A stretch of 37,182 nucleotides of DNA from a candidate division WOR-3 bacterium (GTDB lineage Bacteria > SDB-A). Made by a program: the position numbers and the translations under genes. Every line of letters begins with the position of its first letter. Positions within the stretch are counted from its first letter, which is position 1. The stretch spans positions 66,617 to 103,798 of the forward strand of contig JAFGSQ010000006.1 in assembly GCA_016934535.1 (NCBI GenBank). Reading direction: 5' to 3'. This document shows positions 19,814 to 30,500 of the stretch, in pieces. Under the pieces are notes generated by a model that was not told the DNA's origin, ran no database searches, and worked only from the letters and a program-made list of their open reading frames with translations.

Positions 19814-20365
19814 CTATTTTCTTTCGTCCCATTCCCGTTTCAACAAAGCATACTGAAATTCACTTCCCCATTTTCCCTTGAAAAATACATTCTCAATAAA
19901 GTGTCCTTCCCGCCTGAATCCTGTACTTTTCAGCAAGTTGATTGAAGCAATGTTTTCAGCATCGACAATTTCCTGGACCCGATGAATTTTTTTTGTGTCA
20001 AACAGGAAAGTCAAAATTCCCAATAAAGTTTCCTTCGCATATCCCTTTTTTTGTTCAAGGTGTGAAACGGTAATTCCAATTTCCGCAATCCTTATGTCGT
20101 TCCGGTCAAGTTTGATTGCACAATCACCTATAAGCTTTTTTAATTCAATGTTTTCAATTCCGTATTGTACCCACTCTCCGGCTTTTCCAAAATACCTGGT
20201 TGAATTTTCAGTAATAAACAATTCAGCCTGTTCTGTCGTCATTGTATCAAATCCCTGATACTTTGTAACTTCCGGATTTGAACGATAAAAGTGAAAGTCA
20301 TAGAGGTCTTTCATTTCGAGGTGTCGTATTTTAAGCCGTTCAGTTGTTATTAGCAATTTTCCCAT
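19814..20365 (-). CDS. GNAT N-acetyltransferase (RimJ/RimL-like)
   Basis: TERL.IR, EIG, QKKGYA, N.AS..LL...GF..EG. Confidence 0.88.
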   Translation of the reverse strand: MGKLLITTERLKIRHLEMKDLYDFHFYRSNPEVTKYQGFDTMTTEQAELFITENSTRYFGKAGEWVQYGIENIELKKLIGDCAIKLDRNDIRIAEIGITVSHLEQKKGYAKETLLGILTFLFDTKKIHRVQEIVDAENIASINLLKSTGFRREGHFIENVFFKGKWGSEFQYALLKREWDERK

Positions 20366-20627
20366 TTCCTTTAATCCTTTTTACATTTTATAAGAAGGGT
20401 TCATCCATTCCTGTTGTCTTGATGATATTAATAAATATTTGCATCAACAATTATCATATTCGTTTTGCAAAGCCGGTAAGTTTATCTGATTATTTGCCGG
20501 TTGGAAATAACAAAATCGGGAACATAAAACCGGGTAATTGTAAAATGATTTTTTATGAGTTCAATCATTTGCTTTGGATCCGATCTGATTTTCCAATTAC
20601 CCAGGAGAATACCAAACAAATATGGAC

Positions 20628-20890
20628 TCATGCTTCAATCCATCGGATGGGCAGGCCGTCAGCTTTTTTTGGCTCGTTCCAGCATTCCAGGTACAATGTC
20701 CGGACCAGTAATGTCAATTCCATACTGGGCCAGAGGGATTGTTATTCTGCCGGTGCCGCATCCAAGTTCGAGCGCCGCTCCGCCAAGCTTTTTGGCGATA
20801 GCAAGGTAAAACGGCCCGTCAGGTTCAAAACTGTTGTTCTCACAGTCATACAAGCCTGGATCTTCATACTCTTTCAGATTATTACCGCCG
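20628..20890 (-). pseudogene. Class I SAM methyltransferase fragment
   Basis: LELGCGTGR motif I; no proper ATG/SD; frameshift in A7 run (20664-20670) continues as ADGLPIRWIEA then stops; C-terminal half missing. Confidence 0.75.
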
Positions 20891-20991
20891 GTAATAATAT
20901 TCCGAACTCCCTGTGGTTACCCGCTGTGATAATTTCTCTTCTCTTTTGCACTCAGAATAACATCACATGATACACAAACATTAAATCAATT

Positions 20992-21384
20992 CTATAATTT
21001 TTCTTCTTCCGGTTCTTTGCCAAAGCAATAAAACTTTGACACACCTTCTTTAAAATACAGGACTTCGAACAATCCATCGTTACTTTTGTACGTGCCTTTT
21101 AAAATGGGATTATTTTCCAGCATTACCTTCCTCGCGTCTTCCGAGTCATCTTTCGCAATTTTTCCGCTCACCCGAATCCATGCCTTGTCATTCATAGCAG
21201 ATATTTCAATATTCGAATTATTTATCATTTGTTTATAGCAGTCTTTCTTGTTATTTGTGCAGATATAAAGACGGTCCTTATGTCTGCATAAAGCTCCGAA
21301 AGGTCTTACTCGGGGTTTATCCCCGTCGACAGTCGCGACATAAAAAACACCGGCGCCTTTAAGGAATTTTAACGTACGTTCCAT
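20992..21384 (-). CDS. Pyridoxamine 5'-phosphate oxidase family protein
   Basis: FYVATVDGDKPRVRPFG, KQM..N..IEI, WIRV.G; AGGAG SD. Confidence 0.83.
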   Translation of the reverse strand: MERTLKFLKGAGVFYVATVDGDKPRVRPFGALCRHKDRLYICTNNKKDCYKQMINNSNIEISAMNDKAWIRVSGKIAKDDSEDARKVMLENNPILKGTYKSNDGLFEVLYFKEGVSKFYCFGKEPEEEKL

Positions 21385-21468
21385 GTTGTACTCCTATTGT
21401 TTTCTTTTCAAATCAATACTCATTTTTAATAACCTTTTATTCAAATCCATTGTCAGCAACCCTTATAA

Positions 21469-22473
21469 CTATATTTTCCTCATTTCGACAAGGCATAGAT
21501 CCTTTTCTCCGTCTTTAAATTCCCTAAGATCTGAAACTGTCAACCCGGTTTTTCCGGCAAGAATTGACAGAGCATCTATCCCGGAAAAAAGATCTGCAGC
21601 TTCCGCAAACGCCTTGTATTCATCGAGAGAAATGATATGGTTCAACCACGGTTCTCTGTTCAAAAGCGCGAAGTAGGATCCATCTTTACTCAATACACGT
21701 TTGACCTCTCTTAATAGAGAGCTGATTCCGGTGATCTCCTGAAGTGCCATCACCGAACTGACAACGTCCATTGATTCGTCCGGAAAAGGCATTCCCCGCA
21801 CGTCCCCGCCTATTGCCTCACAATTTGAAGAGCGACCTATCATTCTGAACTTCTCCTGGATGATCCAGAGACATTTCAGGTCTCTCTCTACGGCGAATAT
21901 GCGCGTACCTGCGGAGAGATTATGAGCCAATGACGTCACGGAACTGCCGCTTCCTGAAGCAAAATCAAGCAGAGTTCTGGGTTTTAGGGATACAATGGAC
22001 CTAATGAATTCTTGTACCGGTTCTGCCGGATATTTGAGGACTTCTAAAAATTTCTTTTTTCTGTTCCGGGCAGACAGCCAACGACCTCTTTGGATATACC
22101 TGATCCTGCCTTCCTGCTTTTTCAGGTCCGGAAGTATATCCCGTGATGGGACAGCAGTTTTTCCCTCAGGTTTTTTAATTAATTTTATTGCGTTTTCAAT
22201 CCCCAGCCCTTTGAGACGATAAAGTGAGAAGGGACCATCGGGTTTACGTATCTCTCCCGGAGACAGCACTTCGTCAATCGGAGCAATCCAATCGTGAACT
22301 TTATCATCGGACAAAAGTATTGGCCTGCCGTGGAATATGGGAAATTTTTCAGAGCATTTTTTACAGCAAAGACTCCCTGAAATCAATTCATTTTTCCGGA
22401 CCCGTATTCGCTTTTCGTCCAGCTTTCCTTTACAGCGCGTACAACATAGAAGATTTAGGGTAAGTCTATTCAC
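21469..22473 (-). CDS. Class I SAM methyltransferase with N-terminal Trm112-like zinc domain
   Basis: CTRC...CKKC..FPI..G.P; LDFASGSG; GDVRGMPFPDESMD; EVKRVL. Confidence 0.8.
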   Translation of the reverse strand: MNRLTLNLLCCTRCKGKLDEKRIRVRKNELISGSLCCKKCSEKFPIFHGRPILLSDDKVHDWIAPIDEVLSPGEIRKPDGPFSLYRLKGLGIENAIKLIKKPEGKTAVPSRDILPDLKKQEGRIRYIQRGRWLSARNRKKKFLEVLKYPAEPVQEFIRSIVSLKPRTLLDFASGSGSSVTSLAHNLSAGTRIFAVERDLKCLWIIQEKFRMIGRSSNCEAIGGDVRGMPFPDESMDVVSSVMALQEITGISSLLREVKRVLSKDGSYFALLNREPWLNHIISLDEYKAFAEAADLFSGIDALSILAGKTGLTVSDLREFKDGEKDLCLVEMRKI

Positions 22474-22589
22474 TTTACTTCAATTGGTAAATCAATGGAT
22501 TCAATTCATGGTCAGTGTAAAAAGTGTCAAAATCTTTGATCAAAAAAAGTTGACTTAACTCACTGCCTGGACAACTGATTTTCATATAG

Positions 22590-23087
22590 TCATTTTCCCA
22601 TTTTCTTTACCAGTGATATTTCATTCGGTTTAAAACCAAGCTTTTCGTACAATTGCTTGGCGGGATTTGACACTAATACGTTAAGATCGACCTCTTCCAC
22701 GTTCATCTGTTGACCCCATTCCAACATCTTCCCAATCAGTTGCTCCGCAACTCCTTTTCGACGTGCATTAGGTTCAACATATACAGCGCTCAGATGCAAA
22801 CGCTTTTTTTCAACAAATATGCTGTCCAAAGGTTCGATGTCCGCTGAAACCATACCGATTACATCGTCTTTTTGCGACTCGTGATAAGCGATGAGAAATA
22901 TATGTTCTATACTGTAAATATTTGACCTGACATTTTTTTCCATTGCTATCCATACTGAATTAGATTTATCAACTCTATGGCCGCTGTAATTTTCCATCTC
23001 AAGAACCATATTCCTGATAAGATCAGTGATAACCGCAACGTCTTCTATTGTACCCGTTCGTATTTCAATCTGATTTTCTTTCATCAC
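22590..23087 (-). CDS. GNAT N-acetyltransferase
   Basis: VYVEPNARRKGVA, NPAKQLYEKLGF. Confidence 0.88.
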   Translation of the reverse strand: MMKENQIEIRTGTIEDVAVITDLIRNMVLEMENYSGHRVDKSNSVWIAMEKNVRSNIYSIEHIFLIAYHESQKDDVIGMVSADIEPLDSIFVEKKRLHLSAVYVEPNARRKGVAEQLIGKMLEWGQQMNVEEVDLNVLVSNPAKQLYEKLGFKPNEISLVKKMGK

Positions 23088-23297
23088 TTGATCTCAATAA
23101 ATTAAATTTAACCGGTTCATGTCATTTCTTCCTATTTAAATTTTCTTAACCACAATAAAAAACTCGGTTGCACGGCTTTATGACGAAATTTCGGATTCCA
23201 TGATTCGGTTCAAACATTTTCAATCCAACTGATCAATGATTTTTCTTTTTCACATCATCAGAGTGTATGCAAAATACGACACAATAACGACCATTAA

Positions 23298-23537
23298 CAT
23301 TAACAAGTAGTTAATTAAAAAGCAGTGGTTTTCCTTCATTAATTATTGGTTAAGAGTTAATCTTGAAAAAATTTCCCTGTCCACCCTCATCCTTCACCGG
23401 CGAGAAAGAACTTTTTTGTTGTCAATAAATTGTTGATTGAAAAAATATTTCGAAATGTTTGGGCACAGAGATGATTTCAGGCTTTTCCCCTTCTATGAGG
23501 TTTTTAGTATTTTATATCTGAAAAATATTAATGTCAA
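23298..23537 (-). repeat. Promoter-leader module, degenerate copy C
   Basis: TTGACA-N17-TAAAAT (23509-23537); AAACCTCATAGAAGGGGAAA leader like copy B; AATTAAC-TACTT-GTTAATG inverted site at 23298-23316. Confidence 0.5.
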
Positions 23538-23554
23538 ATAACCCAAGAATGAAA

Positions 23555-24808
23555 TCAATAGAGCCTGATTTCCTTGGGCCAAGGGGTTTCCATGGATGCA
23601 CGCCATGTCTTATCGATGTATTGATGTGTATACGATTGCTCGACAATATGAAAATAGTAACTTCCTGACATCGTCAATTCCCACCCATTACTTGTTCGCT
23701 TAAACAATTTTAATTTCTCCCCCAATTTCAAGTAGAAAGAAAAATCATTTTTCAATCTTGTCTCAAATAATTTAAAATAAGAATCTTCATTTAACACGCC
23801 ATTATAACAGTTCCAGAACAACCAATACGCTCTTCTTGTCCTCGGCGTAAACTCCATTTTCAACACGGTCGGAATCCTGCCCTTATTCAGCGAATCAATA
23901 TACGAATCAACAGAAAAGGTGTTCATTTTAAAAGCATCATTTCCTAGAGAAGCGGCGCTTGGCCCAAACCCCAAAAAACAATCACGGGTCACGGAAGAGT
24001 ATCTCGGAGAGTCCTTTTTCCCGAACGTCCAGACAGACGTTCTTATAAAATTTCTGGCCCAGGCAATCTCCAACAAACCATCGAGCAAATCCTTTTTCTG
24101 GCTGTTTCCCAAGGGTTTGTTCCGATTATTAGCATAACTGAAATCAATAAACGGATATGCTGATATTTGTGTTGCGCCAAGATCTACTGCGCGGGAAAAA
24201 TCTTCTTGAATATTTTGTCTAGTCTGACCCGGGATTCCGAATATTAGGTCTATATCAACGGCTTTGAACTTCTGAGAACATAGTTTTTTTAACTGTTTGG
24301 CACCGTCTGTATATTCTCTACCCAGATTGTTCAGCAGTTGTTCGTCAAACGACTGAATCCCGACGCTTACCATATCAATGTTCGCGCCCAAAAGTTTTTT
24401 TGACGTATCTTTTTCAATATCTTGTGGATGTAATTCTATTCCTGCCAATCCCTTAATTACATATCTGTCATCTAATTCTCTGCGAATATTTTCAAGATAA
24501 TCAACTGCCAGGGCCGGGCTTCCACCTCCAAAATAGAGAGTTGTAAATTTGTTTTCAGAATTCCCGATAATTCTACCGGCAATATCAATTTCAACAGAAA
24601 GCGCTTTTAAGTATGCACTAAACTTGTCTTTTTCAAAGGTTTCCTTGTAATAGGGGCAAAAATCGCACAATGCTTTGCAAAATGGTACATGAACATATAA
24701 TCCGACATCGCGATCGTTGAAATCAGGTAAAAAACCCGTGGCTTTTTTAAACAGGTAAAGTTTTAACTGTTGTCCTATGAATACTCTCAATAAATGAGTC
24801 AGCATCAA
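23555..24808 (-). CDS. HemN-like (coproporphyrinogen III oxidase family) radical SAM protein
   Basis: LYVHVPFCKALCDFCPY, YFGGGSP, SVGIQSF, DLIFGIPGQT. Confidence 0.87.
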   Translation of the reverse strand: MMLTHLLRVFIGQQLKLYLFKKATGFLPDFNDRDVGLYVHVPFCKALCDFCPYYKETFEKDKFSAYLKALSVEIDIAGRIIGNSENKFTTLYFGGGSPALAVDYLENIRRELDDRYVIKGLAGIELHPQDIEKDTSKKLLGANIDMVSVGIQSFDEQLLNNLGREYTDGAKQLKKLCSQKFKAVDIDLIFGIPGQTRQNIQEDFSRAVDLGATQISAYPFIDFSYANNRNKPLGNSQKKDLLDGLLEIAWARNFIRTSVWTFGKKDSPRYSSVTRDCFLGFGPSAASLGNDAFKMNTFSVDSYIDSLNKGRIPTVLKMEFTPRTRRAYWLFWNCYNGVLNEDSYFKLFETRLKNDFSFYLKLGEKLKLFKRTSNGWELTMSGSYYFHIVEQSYTHQYIDKTWRASMETPWPKEIRLY

Positions 24809-24962
24809 AACCGTCTTTTTTATTTTTCCCAGATTTTCAATATTATCTGTGGATTTTTATTTTTCCCAATACCGGGTCTCAACAGTTGGATAACAACCGC
24901 AAATATTATATCATAAATGCCAATTAGGATTAAGCGACCGAAGTTGGAGAAACGGGCAAAGG

Positions 24963-25901
24963 TTATTGAAACAGTTGAGTGTATATGGATTTTTTGTATT
25001 TTTTTAATACTCGTAAAGCCCTCAGCGTATTCCATGTACTGCTCTTTCCGGTCTCTTCCATGTCAAAATGAATCAGTCCGGGATGTTTTTGCTGAACGGG
25101 CCAAGTATTATTTTTTAGTTTTTTAGACATTATTATTTCTAACGCGTCTTCCATTCTGTCGTCAAATTTTTGACCGACGCTTTGAAAATAGTCCAGACAC
25201 CAAAGAATATCGTATCTCCATCTCGTCGGATATGAAAGCATTGTCATTTTTCTGTCTATTACTTTTCCGGTTTTATCAGACTTGTATAATTTATGCATAA
25301 GAATAAACTCGTGCGACTGTATTATTGATTTTTTTATTTCTTTTATTCTATACATATAATTATTGTCGATATACATCTTTAATCCCTCTAAGATATTTAT
25401 TGTCGTGTGAAGAGAGCTGTGGTTTGTGTCAAACTCCCAGCGGCAATTCCAACCGCTGTCTGGAAACTGTTTTTCAAGAATGAAATCAATTATTTCCGAT
25501 AGTCTGCTGTCATTCAATTCAACATAACAGCAAATAAACAACAGCATGCCGCAAATACAAAGGTCCAAATATCGTTCTTTTTTCTTTTCCGGTATTCTCC
25601 ACAATTTTTCCAACAACAGTTTACTGCTTTGGAATATCCTTTTGTCCTGAGGGGGAGCCATGTTGATCAAATCCAGCAAAGTATAAGTCGTCGAAATCCA
25701 CTTCGGAGAATAAATACCGTTTCCCCATGTACAGCTATTATCATCACGCAGATCCATAAACGCTTTCCCCCACCCTTTTTTTAATATTTTGGATCTGTCC
25801 TGTGTGAGTTCAATCTCTTCGAAATCGAGCAGGTCTCTTTTAACTTGATAAATTACTGAGGGATCGCCTTTCATAAACCAATCAAGTAAATCATTATTCA
25901 T
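24963..25901 (-). CDS. Conserved hypothetical, prenyltransferase/squalene-cyclase-like repeat protein
   Basis: GIYSPKWISTTYTL, Q.PDSGWNC, YPTRWRYDIL, S.WNTLRALRVL; start moved to ATG 25901 behind GAGGAG. Confidence 0.72.
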   Translation of the reverse strand: MNNDLLDWFMKGDPSVIYQVKRDLLDFEEIELTQDRSKILKKGWGKAFMDLRDDNSCTWGNGIYSPKWISTTYTLLDLINMAPPQDKRIFQSSKLLLEKLWRIPEKKKERYLDLCICGMLLFICCYVELNDSRLSEIIDFILEKQFPDSGWNCRWEFDTNHSSLHTTINILEGLKMYIDNNYMYRIKEIKKSIIQSHEFILMHKLYKSDKTGKVIDRKMTMLSYPTRWRYDILWCLDYFQSVGQKFDDRMEDALEIIMSKKLKNNTWPVQQKHPGLIHFDMEETGKSSTWNTLRALRVLKKYKKSIYTQLFQ

Positions 25902-25968
25902 TTTATTTACTCCTCGTTTCGTCAAATATTACTATGCTTTTCATTTTCATCTTTGTCATGAATTAAAT

Positions 25969-26676
25969 TTACCTCTCCATAGCTTTTATTTTTAAATCTT
26001 TCGGTATTTTTTCAATGGCGTACCGTAAAGCGGTTCGTGGCATTTGACTCTTGTTTTTTATTACATAATCAAACACCTCTTTTTGACGGGCTTCACTAGC
26101 AGCTTTGAGCATCCAGCCGTAACCTTTTTGAACCAAATCATCTTTATCCAAAAGCAGAATATCAGCAATTTCTAAAATTTCCTTTAGAAATTTTCCCTTT
26201 CTTGCCGGTATAATCAATGACACGGACGACGCTCGGCGCATCCATCTGTTTTTTGATTTGGCCATGTCTTTTAATCTGCATAAATACTTGGGATACATTA
26301 CAATGAATTCTCCAACCGTATGATTGCAAAGAGTATCGCATGAAGCCCAGTTATCGACATATTTGTCTACCCATTTCTCGAAAATTTGAAAGTCTTCAGG
26401 TTCGAATTTCTTATGGATATAATAAGACCAATGGCAGGCAATGAACGATTCTTCAATAAATCCGGATTGCCATAACCTTTCGCAAATGTCAAATATTTCA
26501 GATTTTGTCTTTGATTCGATAAATTTGAAATATTCCCTGCTTATTTTATTTACAATTGGAACCTTTACCCCGTAAAACTTTATCTTTTCCTTAAAAAATT
26601 TCTGACTGGTTAACTCAGTTTTTTCATCAATGTTTTTTCTCAGTTCTGTTCTTATTTTCTCAATGATTTTTTCCAT
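25969..26676 (-). CDS. DNA alkylation repair protein (AlkD-like HEAT repeat)
   Basis: YGVKVP, VDNWASCD, W.RR, D..VQKGYGWMLK, RTALRYAIEK. Confidence 0.87.
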   Translation of the reverse strand: MEKIIEKIRTELRKNIDEKTELTSQKFFKEKIKFYGVKVPIVNKISREYFKFIESKTKSEIFDICERLWQSGFIEESFIACHWSYYIHKKFEPEDFQIFEKWVDKYVDNWASCDTLCNHTVGEFIVMYPKYLCRLKDMAKSKNRWMRRASSVSLIIPARKGKFLKEILEIADILLLDKDDLVQKGYGWMLKAASEARQKEVFDYVIKNKSQMPRTALRYAIEKIPKDLKIKAMER

Positions 26677-26768
26677 AATTAACTGAATTCCTGTCTTTTA
26701 AATTTCTTATCTATATTTGTACAATGTATGACAATTTTCCTAAATTAATATACTTTGCTTGTTTATAT

Positions 26769-27173
26769 TTATTCTTTTACCCAATTCTCAATTCTTATTC
26801 CATCTACTCTTTCAAACTCTTTTATGTTATTTGTGACAAGGATGAGCTTTTTCGTTTTTGCCTGAGCTGCCAACAATAAATCCATTTGACCTATTATTTT
26901 ACCTTTTTTTTCCAAATCTGTTTTAATAATCCCAAAATTAACTGCATCTTTGTCGTCAAATGCTAAAATATTGAAGATTGATAAAAACTCAATCAAAGCT
27001 ATTTTATTCTTTTCAGGGAATTGGCTTTTTGAAACTCCAAATTCTAATTCAGCAATTGTTATTGCTGATATATAAATATCTTTTTTAGATTTTATTTTTA
27101 ATGTCTTTAAAACATCTGCAGGCTTTTTCTTTATGATATAGATACAAATATTCGTATCCAGCAGATACATCAA
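26769..27173 (-). CDS. vapC: VapC PIN-domain toxin
   Basis: YLLDTNICIY, AELEFG, DLLLAAQA, LVTNN.KEF.RV.G...ENW. Confidence 0.93.
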   Translation of the reverse strand: MMYLLDTNICIYIIKKKPADVLKTLKIKSKKDIYISAITIAELEFGVSKSQFPEKNKIALIEFLSIFNILAFDDKDAVNFGIIKTDLEKKGKIIGQMDLLLAAQAKTKKLILVTNNIKEFERVDGIRIENWVKE

Positions 27174-27400
27174 AACTCTTCTCGTATTTGATTTTTCCCT
27201 TGATTACGGCCTTCTTTCATAAAATCATCAGTGAAACCATTCAAACCTTGAAGGAATACTTCCCATAATTTATCGTGCGGGAGAAGAATAACGGCGTCAC
27301 CAATTTTCTGGATTAGAACATCTTTCCCTGAAAACTGGAATTCCTTGGGTAAACGAACGGCCTGACTTCTGCCATTTATAAAAAGTTTTGCGTTTTTCAT
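27170..27400 (-). CDS. vapB: VapB (AbrB/SpoVT-type) antitoxin
   Basis: AKLFINGRSQAVRLPKEFQF; GGAGGT SD before ATG 27400; overlaps vapC start. Confidence 0.92.
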   Translation of the reverse strand: MKNAKLFINGRSQAVRLPKEFQFSGKDVLIQKIGDAVILLPHDKLWEVFLQGLNGFTDDFMKEGRNQGKNQIREEF

Positions 27401-27418
27401 TTTCTCACCTCCGGCAAC

Positions 27419-27447
27419 AGTATATATCATGGTATAGATTCTGTCAA
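27419..27447 (-). promoter_or_regulatory. vapBC promoter with overlapping palindrome (putative operator)
   Basis: TTGACA-N17-TATACT; imperfect palindrome TATATCATGGTATA at 27423-27436. Confidence 0.65.
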
Positions 27448-27549
27448 TATTTTAACTAAACCTTCAAACATCGATTATGGAAAAGTCATGAATAAAAATC
27501 ACATATCCTTTGTTGCCGGTAGGGTCTAAAATTTAAAAATATTTTTACT

Positions 27550-30500
27550 CTAATTCAATTTTATGGTTTTAATCTCAAATGGTTTGAATTTCAAGCTGAT
27601 TGATCCGCAATTTTCAAAGTCGAGTTGCTCAGTTATATTTTCCAGGAGATCGGTTTCAGAACAATTTTTATAATTAGCTTTGGGCTGAAAGATAAACTCG
27701 CCGTTGCGACCGCAGGTCTCGTAAAATCTCAGGACAATTCCTTTCCCTTTCTCAGCCGGTTTAATTGCCTCTATTTTAATATTTCCGCTGTCACCAATAA
27801 TTGTCATAGGGTTTTGAAAGTCAGGAATTATTTTGGCTGAAAACCTGAGAAGTGGAGTATTGAATTCATGAGCCTTTTTCCAGGTGTCGCTCACCTCTAT
27901 CCGGTTTTTGTGAACATAGTAAGCAAAAGCAAATCCATGGATTCCCTGATCGGCAATATTGCCGTCAGGCATGACGGGAGAGCGCAGAAGATTTAGGTCA
28001 ATAGTCGAACCTTTAATATAATGACCGTATTTGCAGTCGTTGAGCACGGCAAAACCGTAGCTGTGGTTGCTCAATCCTGCATAACGGTGAGCGCAGATTT
28101 CAAAACGTGCGGTATCCCAGCTTGTGTTATTATTATTGGGACGGCTGATTGAACCAAACTGAATTTCCGATATGGAATCATTGCAGAGAACTGACGTTTC
28201 GGCTGACAACCTCAGCATTTTTCTCTTTTCCTGCCAATGAACAGTATTGTCAAACCTCAAAAGAGAGGATCCCTCTTCAAGAGTTATATCCTGTTCTATG
28301 AGACTCTCCGCAATTTTAAGCTTTTGCAGTATTTTAATTCTGAATCGGTTGATTTCAATAACATTTCGTTCCAGGAGTTTTGGTTTTATCGGAGGCTTTT
28401 CCCGGTAATAATGGTTGATGTCCCATGCTTCCCATTTGAGCGGTTCATCGTCATACAACAAAAACTGGTTTGCCGGTCCGCTCAGAAATTCGTAATCATA
28501 TTCTTTATGAAAAAAGGATCCAATGCTTCCATCGTCTTCCAGTCTGATTCTGACCAAGCTGTTTTCCAGTACATTGTCTTTAAAAGATAGTTCGTTAAAT
28601 GTATCTTTTTTGAGTTCCGTGGTTCCCGTTGTCACGGCGATCATTGCCATTGGAGGCAAATCGAGGCAAAAGATCAGCTTGTCATCCTGCCTTTCGGCAA
28701 AAAACCTTTCTCCTGTCTCTGTAAAAACCTCGTTTTGTTCTTTATCAACCGGAAGTTCAACTGTCTCCCTGCGTTCCCAGTTGAGGGTATTCATAAAAAC
28801 ATGATACTTGCCGGAAGTTTCCTCATCATAAAATTCACTCAATATTTGGGTCTGAATTTCATCCAATAGAGATAAATTTTTCTCACTGAGAGCATGAGCG
28901 TCTTCATAGACCTGTTTTATTGAGGAACCGGGCAGAATATCGTGAAACTGATTGAGCAGAGTGTTTTTCCAGATTTTCTCCAGTTCTTTTACAAAAATTC
29001 CTCCGTTTATCGCCGAAAGAAATTCTATATCTCTGAGTCTTTGCTCAAGTCTGCGGTTATATTTTTTCATCAGGGCCTGTGTAGTATAAGTTCCCCTGTG
29101 CAGTTCAAGATAAAGCTCTCCCACCCAAACCGGCAGGATGTTTTTATCAATTTCGCTGATTTTTTTGAAAAAATCCTGTGCAAAAGCAAACTTGAACCGG
29201 GGTACACCGTCGGTGTTCTGCTGGCGCAGGCCGTATTCAATATGTTCTCTTCCCGGTCCGCCGCCGCCGTCTCCGTTTCCGTAGAGATTCAAAAAAGCGT
29301 CGGCAATGTCGCTCTGAGAAAATTTTTCTTCACCTTTAATAAGTTCTTTGGGAGTGTTGGCAACATTGTAGTCGTCAGTCGGCAAAAAGTGCGCAATGAC
29401 AGAACTTCCGTCAATGCCCTGCCAGTTGAAAAGATGATGCGGAAAGCGGTTGGTTTCATTCCAGGATATCTTCATTGTCATAAAATAGTCAACTCCGCAC
29501 TTTTTTAGAATCTGGGGCAAGGCGGCGCTGTAACCGAAAACGTCGGGCAGCCAAAGATTGTTGATTTCCTTTCCGAACTCATCCCTGAAAAACCTTTTTC
29601 CGTATAGACATTGTCTGACCAGAGATTCCGAACCGGAAAGATTCATATCCGGCTCCACCCACATGGCTCCCTGTAATTCCCAGCAGCCTTCCTCGACGGC
29701 TCTGCGGATTTTCTCAAAAAGCAGGGGCTGATCCTGCTTGACCCATTCGTAGAGCTGAGGCTGACTGGCTCCGAATTTGTACAGGGGATATTCTTCCATC
29801 ATCTGCAAAGCCGTTGCAAATGTTCTAATCCCTTTCCGTCTGGTTTCTCTGACCGGCCAGAGCCATGCCATGTCAAGATGGGCATGACCTATGGAATAGA
29901 CTGTCAGAGCCGACCAGGATGCCGGCACAGCCAGAAGAGATTTGGTAATATTCAGGGAATTTTCTATAAAACAGTTTTCATCCGGCAGATTTAAAATTTT
30001 GTTGAGCTCCGAGAAAATTCTTTTTCTGCGGACCGAACCGTTTTTCTGGTTTTCAGCGATCTCGTAGAGCACCCGCATATCCATCCATAATTCAAAAATT
30101 TTCTTGTCAAAACGGACAAGATCAGACCCATTCAAAAAATAATCCTTTTTGCCTGCTTCTCCGAAAAGCGAATTGGCCGAAGTCTCAAGAATAAGTTCAA
30201 ATTTATCCCCTGCCGGTTTTATTAAGGGGTAATAGTATTTTCCTGCCCTGAGATCCCAATGTATTTTGTTTGTAAGTCCGGCGACCGGAATCTTGTTTTC
30301 AAAGACGCACGATTCTCCGTCAGTGTCGAGATAGACACCGAAATCGGAGTTCTGCCATTCTTTTGGTATTGTTCCGTAAAACTTAAACCACCCGCAATCC
30401 CAGACCTCCCCCCATTTTTCTCCGGTTTGAATCTGCTGAAAATCCATGGTCTGCATCTTTTCATAACTCACCGGGATATTTTTGGTATTAATGTAGAAAG

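Noticed and set aside
20344-20970. 208-aa plus-strand ORF
   Set aside because: Antisense to a clear methyltransferase fragment; no SD or motif
24820-25035. 71-aa minus-strand ORF
   Set aside because: Overlaps the upstream gene's 3' end and lacks an SD; at most a short remnant
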